From positions 6,485 to 70,484 of the forward strand of contig QPGA01000020.1 in the NCBI GenBank assembly GCA_003332265.1: a stretch of 64,000 nucleotides of DNA. Direction: 5' to 3'. The notes beneath the pieces were generated by a model. The model saw nothing but the letters and a program-made list of their open reading frames with translations. It made no database searches and was not told where the DNA came from. Below are positions 17,394 to 25,807 of the stretch, in pieces (the first letter of the stretch is position 1; each line of letters opens with the position of its first letter). The DNA comes from Candidatus Accumulibacter meliphilus (GTDB lineage Bacteria; Pseudomonadota; Gammaproteobacteria; Burkholderiales; Rhodocyclaceae). Position numbers and translations under genes: made by a program.

Positions 17394-18034
17394 GCCTCGT
17401 GCCGGCTCGACCCAAGCTCTACCACATCATGCATGTGGACCGGCTGCCGTCGATTGTCGGCGATGGCTGCCTGTGCTCCGATGCTCAAGTACAGCGTCGC
17501 GCAGCACCCGGCACCACGATTGGCATGAGTGTCATCAAGCAGCGGCGGCTGACCGAGCTGAGCTTGAACAGCCATCCGGACCTGCGCGTGGGCGACTGCG
17601 TACCATTCTATTTTTGCCCGCGTTCGGTCATGCTCTATCTCATTTACCAGGGCAATCATCCGGAACTCGACTACCGTGGCGGGCAGGCGCCGATCATCCA
17701 TCTTGAAGCCGACTTGCAGGCGGTGGTCGCCTGGGCCAAGCAGCAGCCGAGACGCTGGGCGTTCACCCTGTCGAATGCCGGCTCGCGCTTCTTCGAGGAT
17801 CGCTGCGATCTGGCGCAGCTCGATGAAATCGACTGGAATGCCGTCCGGGCCGATGACTGGCGACCGTGTAAGGAAGGCAAGCAGGCCGAATTTCTGCTGG
17901 AGCAGAGCTTTCCGTGGGAGCTGGTCGAGCGCATTGGCGTGCACTCGCGAACCATCTTCCAGCAGGTGGCTAACGCCCTGCCCACCGAAGGCCATCGGCC
18001 GCTGGTCGAAATCCTTCCCGCGTGGTACTACTAA
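17390..18034 (+). CDS. darT: DarT ssDNA thymidine ADP-ribosyltransferase toxin (DUF4433 family)
   Basis: 214 aa. KLYHIMHVDRLPSIVGDGCL, VPFYFCPRS, SNAGSRFF, KQAEFLLEQSFPW (catalytic Glu context). The GTG start overlaps the hsdS stop (GTGA). Confidence 0.8.
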   Translation: MSLVPARPKLYHIMHVDRLPSIVGDGCLCSDAQVQRRAAPGTTIGMSVIKQRRLTELSLNSHPDLRVGDCVPFYFCPRSVMLYLIYQGNHPELDYRGGQAPIIHLEADLQAVVAWAKQQPRRWAFTLSNAGSRFFEDRCDLAQLDEIDWNAVRADDWRPCKEGKQAEFLLEQSFPWELVERIGVHSRTIFQQVANALPTEGHRPLVEILPAWYY

Positions 18035-18051
18035 ACAAGGAGGTGGCAGCG

Positions 18052-19122
18052 ATGATCGAATACACCGGCGGGGACATCCTGAAATGCGAGGTGGAAGCGC
18101 TCGTCAATACGGTCAACTGTGTGGGGGTCATGGGGCGTGGCATCGCATTGCAGTTCAAACGCATGTACCCCGACAACTTCAAGGCCTACGCCGTGGCTTG
18201 CCAGCGCGGCGAAGTGCAACCGGGGCGACTGTTTGTCCATGAGACGGGGCAGCTGGCGCCACGCTACATCATCAACTTTCCGACCAAGCGGCACTGGCGC
18301 GGCAGCAGCCGCATCGAGGACATCGAGTCAGGATTGGCCGCGCTGGTGGCGCTGATCCACGACAGGCCGATACGCTCCATCGCCATTCCACCACTAGGCT
18401 GCGGTCTGGGCGGACTGGACTGGGCGCAGGTCAGGGTGCGCATCGAGGCAGCGCTGGCAAACCTGAGCGATGTGCGGGTGATCGTATTCGAACCCAATGG
18501 CGCACCGACATCGACCACGATGGCCCGCAGTCGTGAAGTACCGCGGATGACCGCTGGCCGCGCGGCGCTGGTGGAACTGATGCGCCGCTACCTCGCTGGC
18601 TTGCTCGATCCCTTCGTGACCCTGCTGGAAGTCCACAAGTTGATGTATTTCATGCAGGAGGCGGGCGAGCCTTTGCGGCTGAAGTACGAAAAAGCGCCTT
18701 ACGGACCTTACGCCACGAATCTGCGCCATGTTCTGAACGCCATCGAAGGTCATCTGGTATCGGGCTATGCCGACGGCGGCGACACACCGAGCAAGCCGCT
18801 GTCGCTGGTGCCGGGCGCGGTCGAAGACGCTACGGCTTTCCTCGCCAGGAATCCTGAAACCCGTGCACGTTTCGACAGAGTGGCGTCGCTGACGGAAGGC
18901 TTCGAGTCGCCGCTCGGCCTCGAGCTGTTGGCAACGGTGCATTGGGTGATGAACAACGAGGACGTCTCGAACACTGATCACGTCGTCAGCCGTGTCCATG
19001 CCTGGAACCCGCGCAAGCAGCAGTTCACGCCCCGGCAGATCGGTATCGCCGCTGAGTTGCTGGTGAAAGATGGCTGGATTGCGCGGGACGCACCCGAGCA
19101 GCGTCGAAGTGGCGTCGGCTGA
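18052..19122 (+). CDS. darG: DarG macrodomain antitoxin (DNA ADP-ribosyl glycohydrolase plus C-terminal DarT-binding domain)
   Basis: 356 aa. MIEYTGGDILKCEVEALVNTVNCVGVMGRGIALQFK...INFPTKRHW...PPLGCGLGGLDW closely parallels mycobacterial/Thermus DarG. AAGGAGG SD is 9 nt upstream. Confidence 0.85.
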   Translation: MIEYTGGDILKCEVEALVNTVNCVGVMGRGIALQFKRMYPDNFKAYAVACQRGEVQPGRLFVHETGQLAPRYIINFPTKRHWRGSSRIEDIESGLAALVALIHDRPIRSIAIPPLGCGLGGLDWAQVRVRIEAALANLSDVRVIVFEPNGAPTSTTMARSREVPRMTAGRAALVELMRRYLAGLLDPFVTLLEVHKLMYFMQEAGEPLRLKYEKAPYGPYATNLRHVLNAIEGHLVSGYADGGDTPSKPLSLVPGAVEDATAFLARNPETRARFDRVASLTEGFESPLGLELLATVHWVMNNEDVSNTDHVVSRVHAWNPRKQQFTPRQIGIAAELLVKDGWIARDAPEQRRSGVG

Positions 19123-19133
19123 TCGTTTGAAGG

Positions 19134-22100
19134 GTGCTCACCATGACGCTTGCCGACACCAGCGAGAAAGGCCTCGAAACGCTGATCATGCGCCACATGA
19201 CCGGCACGGACGGTCTCGCGGTGATCCCGAACCAGATCGCCAGGCCACCTGCGCCGTATGGGGGCACCGGCTACGTTGCCGGTAGCGCGCGCGATTACGA
19301 CCGCGCACACGCGCTCGACGTGGCGCAGCTTTTCGCCTTTCTACGCGCCACCCAGCCCGCGGCATTCGGGAAGCTGGCGATCGCCGACGCGAACGACACC
19401 AGGGACATCAAGCGCCTCAAGTTTCTCACCCGCCTCTCGGCGGAGATCGGCAAGCGCGGCGTCATCGACGTGCTGCGCAAGGGTGTAGCGCATGGACCGC
19501 TGCACTTCGCCCTGTTCTACGGCACGCCCTCGGTGGGCAATGCCCGGGCCGAGGCGCTGCACGCGCAGAACCGCTTCTCGATCACCCGCCAGCTCGCCTA
19601 CAGCCTGGACGAGACGCGGCGGGCACTCGACCTGGGCCTGTTCATCAACGGCCTGCCGATCGCCAGTTTCGAGCTGAAGAACAGCCTCACCAGGCAGACC
19701 GTCGACGACGCCGTCCAGCAGTACACGCGCGACCGCGATGCGCGCGAGCGGCTGTTCGAGTTCGGCCGCTGCGCGGTGCACTTCGCGGTCGACGACAGCG
19801 AGGTGAGGATGTGTACGCAGCTTGCCGGCAAGCGCTCGTGGTTCCTGCCGTTCAACAAGGGTCATCTCGACGGCGCCGGCAACCCGCCCAACGCGCAGGG
19901 CCTGAAGACCGATTACCTGTGGAAGGAAGTGCTCACCCCGGCGGGGCTGACCGACATCATCGAGAACTACGCGCAGATCGTCGAGGAAAAGGACCCGCGC
20001 AGCGGCAGGAAGAAGCGCAGTCAGATTTGGCCGCGCTACCACCAGCTCGGGGTCGTGCGCCAGGCGCTGGCCGACGTACGTGCGCACGGTGCCGGCAGGC
20101 GTTACCTGATCCAGCACTCGGCGGGCAGCGGCAAGTCGAACTCCATCGCCTGGCTGGCACACCAGCTCATCGGGCTGCAGCGCGACAGCGATCAGGTAAG
20201 CCAGACCAATCGGGAGGTCTTCGACTCGGTCATCGTGGTCACCGACCGGCGCCTGCTCGACCAGCAAATCCAGACGACGATCAGGCAATTCATGCAGGTC
20301 GGCGCGACGGTGGGCCACGCCGAGCGCTCCGGCGACCTGCGCCGCTTCATCCAGGAGGGCAGGAAGATCATCGTCTCGACGGTGCAGAAATTCCCCTTCA
20401 TCCTCGACGAGATCGCCAGCGAAGCCGGCAAGACCTTCGCCATCGTCATCGACGAGGCCCACTCGAGCCAGGGTGGCAAGACCTCGGCGGCGATGAGCGA
20501 GGCGCTCGGTGGTGCGACGGCGAGCGATGAGGACGAAGGTCCAGACCCCGAGGACACGGTGAACGCCGCTCTCGAAAAGCGCATGGCGGCGCGCAAGATG
20601 CTGCGCAACGCCAGCTACTTCGCTTTCACCGCCACACCCAAAAACAAGACGCTGGAGATGTTCGGTGAGCCGCTGCCGCCCGACGCCGCAGGCAGGATCA
20701 GGCATCGGCCTTTCCACAGCTACACCATGAAGCAGGCGATCGAGGAGGGCTTCATCCTCGACGTGCTCAAGGCCTACACGCCGGTGGACAGCTACTACAA
20801 GCTGATCAAGAAGAGCGCGGACGACCCGGAGTTCGACACCCGCAAGGCGCAGAAAAAGTTGCGCCGCTATGTCGAAGGCCATGAGCACGCCATCCGGCTC
20901 AAGGCCGAGATCATGGTCGACCACTTCCACGAGCAGGTGATGGCGGCCGGAAAGGTCGGCGGACAGGCGCGGGCGATGGTCATCAGCAGCGGCATCGAGC
21001 GGGCTATCCAGTACTTCCACGCCTGTGCAGCGTACCTGCTGGAGCGCAAGAGTCCGTACCAGGCAATTGTCGCTTTCTCGGGCGAGCACGAATACGCGGG
21101 CGTCAAAGTGAGCGAGGCCTCGCTCAATGGCTTCCCGATCGGCGACATCGCGGCAAAGGTCCGGACCGACCCCTATCGCTTCCTGATCTGCGCCGACAAA
21201 TTCCAGACCGGGTACGACGAGCCACTGCTGCACACGATGTATGTCGACAAGCCGCTTTCCGGTATCAAGGCGGTGCAGACGCTGTCGCGACTCAACCGCG
21301 CCCACCCGCAGAAGCACGACTGCTTCGTGCTCGACTTCCAGAACAACAGCGAGGCAATCGGCTTCGCCTTCCAGGACTACTACCGCAGCACCCTGCTCGC
21401 CGACGAGGCCGACCCCAACAAGCTGCACGACCTGAAGGCGGCGCTGGATGCCGCGCAGGTCTATTCACCCGAGCAGATGCAGCAGGTGGTGGAGCTGTTT
21501 CTCGGCGGCGCCGACCGCGACCAGCTAGACCCGATCCTTGATGCCTGCGTGGCGATCTACGAGCAGCAACTCGACGAGGATGGCCAGGTGGCGTTCAAAG
21601 GCAAGGCCAAGGCCTTCTGCCGCAGCTACAGCTTTCTCTCGGCGGTGATTCCGTACAGCAACCTCGCGTGGGAGAAACTCTCGATCCTCCTCGACCTGCT
21701 GACGCCCAAGCTGCCGGCACCGCAGGAAAAGGATCTCGCCAGGGGCATCCTCGAAGCGATCGACATGGACAGCTATCGCGTCGAGAAGCAGGCGGCGATG
21801 AAGATCGCGCTGGCGGACGAGGATGCGGAAATCGAGCCTGTCCCGACCGACGTCAGTGGTGGCGGCGGCCACAGCCAGCCAGAATTCGACCGCTTGAGCA
21901 ACATCCTGAAGACCTTCAACGAGCAGTTCGGCACTCTGTTCACCGACACCGACCGTGTCGCCAGGCGCATCCGCGAGGATATCGCGCCGAGAGTCGCTGC
22001 CGACGCGGCCTACCAGAACGCCAAGGAAAACACGCCGCATACGGCACGCATTGCCCACGACCAGGCGCTGAGCCGGATGATGCAGGCGCTACTGCAGGAC

Positions 22101-22184
22101 GACACCCAGGTTTACAAGCAGTTTGTCGAGAACGAAGCCTTCCGGCGTTCGGTCAGCGACATGGTGTATGCGATGACGGGATAG
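19134..22184 (+). CDS. hsdR: type I restriction endonuclease subunit HsdR
   Basis: About 1013-1016 aa (GTG 19134 or ATG 19143). N-terminal nuclease motif (ASFELKNS), SF2 helicase motifs (HSAGSGKS, DEAHSSQGG, TATPKN, QTGYDEP), long C-terminal domain. Confidence 0.9.
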   Translation: MLTMTLADTSEKGLETLIMRHMTGTDGLAVIPNQIARPPAPYGGTGYVAGSARDYDRAHALDVAQLFAFLRATQPAAFGKLAIADANDTRDIKRLKFLTRLSAEIGKRGVIDVLRKGVAHGPLHFALFYGTPSVGNARAEALHAQNRFSITRQLAYSLDETRRALDLGLFINGLPIASFELKNSLTRQTVDDAVQQYTRDRDARERLFEFGRCAVHFAVDDSEVRMCTQLAGKRSWFLPFNKGHLDGAGNPPNAQGLKTDYLWKEVLTPAGLTDIIENYAQIVEEKDPRSGRKKRSQIWPRYHQLGVVRQALADVRAHGAGRRYLIQHSAGSGKSNSIAWLAHQLIGLQRDSDQVSQTNREVFDSVIVVTDRRLLDQQIQTTIRQFMQVGATVGHAERSGDLRRFIQEGRKIIVSTVQKFPFILDEIASEAGKTFAIVIDEAHSSQGGKTSAAMSEALGGATASDEDEGPDPEDTVNAALEKRMAARKMLRNASYFAFTATPKNKTLEMFGEPLPPDAAGRIRHRPFHSYTMKQAIEEGFILDVLKAYTPVDSYYKLIKKSADDPEFDTRKAQKKLRRYVEGHEHAIRLKAEIMVDHFHEQVMAAGKVGGQARAMVISSGIERAIQYFHACAAYLLERKSPYQAIVAFSGEHEYAGVKVSEASLNGFPIGDIAAKVRTDPYRFLICADKFQTGYDEPLLHTMYVDKPLSGIKAVQTLSRLNRAHPQKHDCFVLDFQNNSEAIGFAFQDYYRSTLLADEADPNKLHDLKAALDAAQVYSPEQMQQVVELFLGGADRDQLDPILDACVAIYEQQLDEDGQVAFKGKAKAFCRSYSFLSAVIPYSNLAWEKLSILLDLLTPKLPAPQEKDLARGILEAIDMDSYRVEKQAAMKIALADEDAEIEPVPTDVSGGGGHSQPEFDRLSNILKTFNEQFGTLFTDTDRVARRIREDIAPRVAADAAYQNAKENTPHTARIAHDQALSRMMQALLQDDTQVYKQFVENEAFRRSVSDMVYAMTG

Positions 22185-22259
22185 ACGACAGCAGCGCTCA
22201 AGCGAGCGTGGCCGTCGTCAGCGTGCCGCGGCGGCGATCTCGGCGCTGCTCCACCTTGA

Positions 22260-22379
22260 CCCGATGCTAGCGTCAGTCGATGCGACAACCCCGGCGACGA
22301 TGAGCGCATCATGATTACCGTCTATGAACCTAATCCCGCCCTATGGCTGGCGGAGCTGGCAACGAGGATACACCCATGA
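22260..22379 (+). pseudogene. 3' remnant of a DUF4258-type toxin gene
   Basis: A 39-codon open frame with no start codon, ending ...DDERIMITVYEPNPALWLAELATRIHP*. The (V/I)ITVY-P motif is the usual C-terminus of DUF4258 toxins. Its stop overlaps the ATG of the following antitoxin (ATGA). Confidence 0.4.
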
Positions 22380-22606
22380 AATGCCCAATTTGCCGACACG
22401 GCAAAACCCGCTCCGGTAGCGTGACCGTTCCACTCGAACGCAACGGCATGACCATCGTTTTCCGCGAAGTTCCGGCGCTGGTGTGCGAAAACTGCGGAGA
22501 AACCTTCCATGAAGAAGCCGTTACCGCTGCCTTGCCGGAGCAAGCCAAACAGGCTGCGGCGGCAGGCGTGGAAATCGACGTGCGGCGCTTCGCCGTGGCG
22601 GCATGA
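22376..22606 (+). CDS. MqsA-family / YgiT-type zinc-finger antitoxin
   Basis: 76 aa. MKCPICRHG...LVCENCGETF (CxxC...CxxC). GAGGA SD upstream. Confidence 0.7.
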   Translation: MKCPICRHGKTRSGSVTVPLERNGMTIVFREVPALVCENCGETFHEEAVTAALPEQAKQAAAAGVEIDVRRFAVAA

Positions 22607-22673
22607 TCCTGCATACGACGGAAGTCGCCCCCGTTAAAGACAAGACGGGAAGCCTAGACAAAAGCCCGACAGC

Positions 22674-22700
22674 AAAAAGCCCCGGCTTTTGACCGGGGCT
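22674..22700 (-). terminator. rho-independent terminator downstream of tRNA-Met
   Basis: The minus strand reads AGCCCCGG-TCAAAA-GCCGGGGCT followed by TTTTTG, 16 nt after the tRNA 3' end. Confidence 0.6.
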
Positions 22701-22715
22701 AAATGTTTGGTTCTT

Positions 22716-22792
22716 TGGTGGTGATGGGTGGAATTGAACCACCGACCTATGGGTTATGAATCCATCGCTCTAACCGACTGAGCTACATCACC
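22716..22792 (-). tRNA. tRNA with CAT anticodon (Met elongator-type; Ile2/lysidine not excluded)
   Basis: A 77-nt cloverleaf read by hand: GGTGATG-TA-GCTC-AGTCGGTTA-GAGC-G-ATGGA-TTCATAA-CCCAT-AGGTC-GGTGG-TTCAATT-CCACC-CATCACC-A-CCA. G1-C72 is paired, so it is not an initiator. Confidence 0.9.
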
Positions 22793-22891
22793 TCAGGGCG
22801 GCAGATTATAGGACCCTGCCCGCCGGGGGTCAAGCCGGACGATGTCGATAGTCGCCGCCTGCGAGCGGCGATGGCCCTCTGCCCGGGCAGC

Positions 22892-24346
22892 TTACATCAG
22901 TACGATGTCGTACTGCTCTTGCGTATAGCTGGGCTCGGCCTGCAGCGAAATCGGCTTGCCGACGAAATCGGAGAGCATCGCCAGGCCCTGCGACTCTTCG
23001 TCGAGGAAGCGGTCAATGACCGCCTGGTTGCCAAGGACGCGGTATTCGCGCGCGTCGAACTGGCGCGCTTCGCGCAGCAGTTCGCGGAGAATCTCGTAGC
23101 ACACGGTGCGCGCGGTTCTGACTTCGCCGCGGCCATCACAGGTCGGGCAGGTTTCACACAGCACGTGTGCGAGCGATTCGCGCGTCCGCTTGCGCGTCAT
23201 CTCGACCAGGCCCAGCGCCGTAAAGCCGTTTACGGTCAGGCGCGTATGGTCGCGCGCCAGCGCCTTGTTGAACTCACTGAGCACTGCCGAACGATGCTCT
23301 TCGTTCTCCATGTCGATGAAGTCGACGATGATGATGCCGCCGAGGTTGCGCAAACGTAGCTGACGGGCAATGGTCTGCGCGGCTTCGAGATTGGTCTTGA
23401 AAATGGTGTCGTCGAAGTTGCGCACGCCGACGAAGCCGCCGGTATTGACGTCGATGGTAGTCATCGCCTCGGTCTGGTCGATGATCAGATAGCCGCCCGA
23501 CTTGAGATCGACCCGGCGGGCAAGTGCTTTCTGGATCTGGTCCTCGACGCCGTGTCGGTCGAACAGCGGTCGCTGCCCGGTGTAATGCTCGAGCAGGGGC
23601 GCAACAGTCGGCGTGTACTCGGCAGCAAAGCTGTTCAGCCGCGCGAAGTTCTCGCGCGAGTCAATGACGATGCCGGAAGTTTCGGGATTGACGAAGTCAC
23701 GCAGCACCCGCTGCGCCAGCGACAGTTCCTGATAGAGCAGCGCGGGCGGTGCGGCGGTGGTCGACTGGGCCTGGATATCGCGCCAGATCTTGCGCAGGTA
23801 CTCGATGTCCTTGGCCAGCTCGGCTTCGCTGGCGCTCTCGGCCATGGTGCGCACGATGAAGCCGCCCGGTTCGTCCTCGGGCACCAGGCGTGCGAGCTTT
23901 TCGCGCAAGGCTTCGCGTTCGGCCTCTTTCTCGATGCGCTGAGAAATGCCGATGTGCTTCTCCTGCGGCAGATAGACCAGCATCCGCCCGGCAATCGATA
24001 CCTGCGTGGACAAGCGCGCCCCTTTGCTGCCCATGGGGTCCTTGATGACCTGCACGAGGATGCTCTGGCCTTCGAAGAGCAGTCGCTCGATCGGCCGCAG
24101 CGGTTCGTCATTCTGCCGCGGCTCGCGGATATCGGCGACGTGCAGGAAAGCGGTACGGTCAAGGCCAATCTCGATGAACGCCGACTGCATCCCCGGCAGG
24201 ATGCGTACGATGCGTCCGACATAGACGTTGCCGACGAAGCCACGACTGGCGCAGCGTTCGATGTGCAGTTCCTGCACGGCGCCCTGATACATGACGGCAA
24301 CGCGGGTTTCCTGCGGGGTGAAATTGATCAGGATCTCTTCAGACAT
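22892..24346 (-). CDS. rng: ribonuclease G
   Basis: 484 aa. S1 domain N-terminus (GNVYVGRIVRILPGMQSAFIEIG), Rne/Rng catalytic core (IIDQTEAMTTIDVNTG), CETCPTCDGRG zinc link. The length fits RNase G rather than RNase E. Confidence 0.9.
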   Translation of the reverse strand: MSEEILINFTPQETRVAVMYQGAVQELHIERCASRGFVGNVYVGRIVRILPGMQSAFIEIGLDRTAFLHVADIREPRQNDEPLRPIERLLFEGQSILVQVIKDPMGSKGARLSTQVSIAGRMLVYLPQEKHIGISQRIEKEAEREALREKLARLVPEDEPGGFIVRTMAESASEAELAKDIEYLRKIWRDIQAQSTTAAPPALLYQELSLAQRVLRDFVNPETSGIVIDSRENFARLNSFAAEYTPTVAPLLEHYTGQRPLFDRHGVEDQIQKALARRVDLKSGGYLIIDQTEAMTTIDVNTGGFVGVRNFDDTIFKTNLEAAQTIARQLRLRNLGGIIIVDFIDMENEEHRSAVLSEFNKALARDHTRLTVNGFTALGLVEMTRKRTRESLAHVLCETCPTCDGRGEVRTARTVCYEILRELLREARQFDAREYRVLGNQAVIDRFLDEESQGLAMLSDFVGKPISLQAEPSYTQEQYDIVLM

Positions 24347-24497
24347 GGGCTGGTGCTCTGGAAAATGGGGGGAGAAATACGGTTAGAATCGCGATTCGCC
24401 CGCATTCTACTCTTAGTACCCTGTCACGCCCCCTCCCCGGATTCCTGCCATCTCTGCCTCGATCTCTGCTTCGCCCTCCACCGCGAACTGTCCCGAA

Positions 24498-25793
24498 TTG
24501 CTCGCTCCTGCCGGTTCGCCGACGATGCTGCGCACGGCCTTCGCCTACGGCGCCGATGCCGTCTATGCCGGCCAGCCGCGCTACAGCCTGCGCGTGCGCA
24601 ACAATGCCTTCGGCGATCTCGACACTCTGTCCACTGCAATTGGCGAAGCACACGCCGCCGGCAAGAAACTGTACGTGGTCAGCAACGTCCTGCCGCACAA
24701 CCGCAAGGTGCGTACCTACCTGGCCGACATGGCGCCGGTCGTGGCGCTCAAACCAGACGCGCTGATCATGGCCGACCCGGGGCTGATCGACATGGTTCGC
24801 GAAACCTGGCCGGAAATGCCGGTGCATCTCTCGGTGCAGGCCAATACGGTCAACTTCGCGGCGGTACGTTTCTGGCGCAAACTGGGGATCAGCCGCATCA
24901 TCCTGTCGCGCGAGCTGTCACTCGACGAAGTCGCCGAGATTCGCCAGGAATGCCCGGAGATGGAACTCGAGGTCTTCGTGCATGGCGCCCTGTGCATCGC
25001 CTACTCGGGCCGCTGCCTGCTTTCCGGTTACTTCAACCATCGCGACCCCAACCAGGGTAGCTGCACCAATTCGTGTCGCTGGGATTACAAAGTGAAGCCG
25101 GCGGACGCTGAGGCGGCTGTCGGCATGGGCGCCTGCCACTCGGGCAGCGCCAGCGCCGCGGGCACCACGGGCAACAGCGGCGAATGGCTGCTCGAAGAGA
25201 AGGAGCGCCCCGGCGAGCTGATGCCGATCGAAGAGGATGAGCACGGCACCTACATCATGAACTCGAAGGATCTGCGCGCCGTCGAGCACGTCCGCCGCCT
25301 GGTCGAGATCCGCGTCGATTCGCTGAAGATCGAGGGGCGCACCAAATCACCCTACTACGTCGCGCGCAGCACACAGGTCTACCGCCGCGCCATCGACGAC
25401 GCCGTTGCCGGCCGCCCTTTCGACCCCAGCCTGCTCGGCGAACTCGATGGCCTCGCCAACCGCGGTTACACCGATGGCTTTTATCAGCGCCACCACGAAC
25501 ACGAGATGCAGAACTATCTGCGTGGCCACTCGGAGTCGGGGCGCAGCCTCTACGTTGGCGACGTCATCGACTGGAACGCGGCGCGGGCGCTGGCGCTGAT
25601 CGATATCAAGAACCGCATCGCGGTCGGCGATCGGCTGGAGATCATCCACCCCTCGGGCAATCACGTCATCACCGTGGAGCGCATGGAAAATTTCGACGGT
25701 GCCGAAATCCGCGTCGCTCCGGGCAACGGCCACAAGGTGTGGCTTGCTCTGCCAACGGAACTGCCCGGCGCGATGCTGGCGCGCTTCGTCTGA
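24498..25793 (+). CDS. trhP: U32-family protein, YegQ/TrhP-type (tRNA ho5U34 synthesis)
   Basis: Collinear with E. coli YegQ as I recall it (PELLAPAG, AVYAGQPRYSLRVRNN, VFVHGALCIAYSGRCLLSGYFNHRDPNQGSCTNSCRW, HGTYIMNSKDLRA, LKIEGRTKSPYY). There is no in-frame ATG or GTG upstream, so TTG 24498 is taken as the start. Confidence 0.85.
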   Translation: MLAPAGSPTMLRTAFAYGADAVYAGQPRYSLRVRNNAFGDLDTLSTAIGEAHAAGKKLYVVSNVLPHNRKVRTYLADMAPVVALKPDALIMADPGLIDMVRETWPEMPVHLSVQANTVNFAAVRFWRKLGISRIILSRELSLDEVAEIRQECPEMELEVFVHGALCIAYSGRCLLSGYFNHRDPNQGSCTNSCRWDYKVKPADAEAAVGMGACHSGSASAAGTTGNSGEWLLEEKERPGELMPIEEDEHGTYIMNSKDLRAVEHVRRLVEIRVDSLKIEGRTKSPYYVARSTQVYRRAIDDAVAGRPFDPSLLGELDGLANRGYTDGFYQRHHEHEMQNYLRGHSESGRSLYVGDVIDWNAARALALIDIKNRIAVGDRLEIIHPSGNHVITVERMENFDGAEIRVAPGNGHKVWLALPTELPGAMLARFV

Positions 25794-25807
25794 TCCTTCG
25801 GCCAGCA

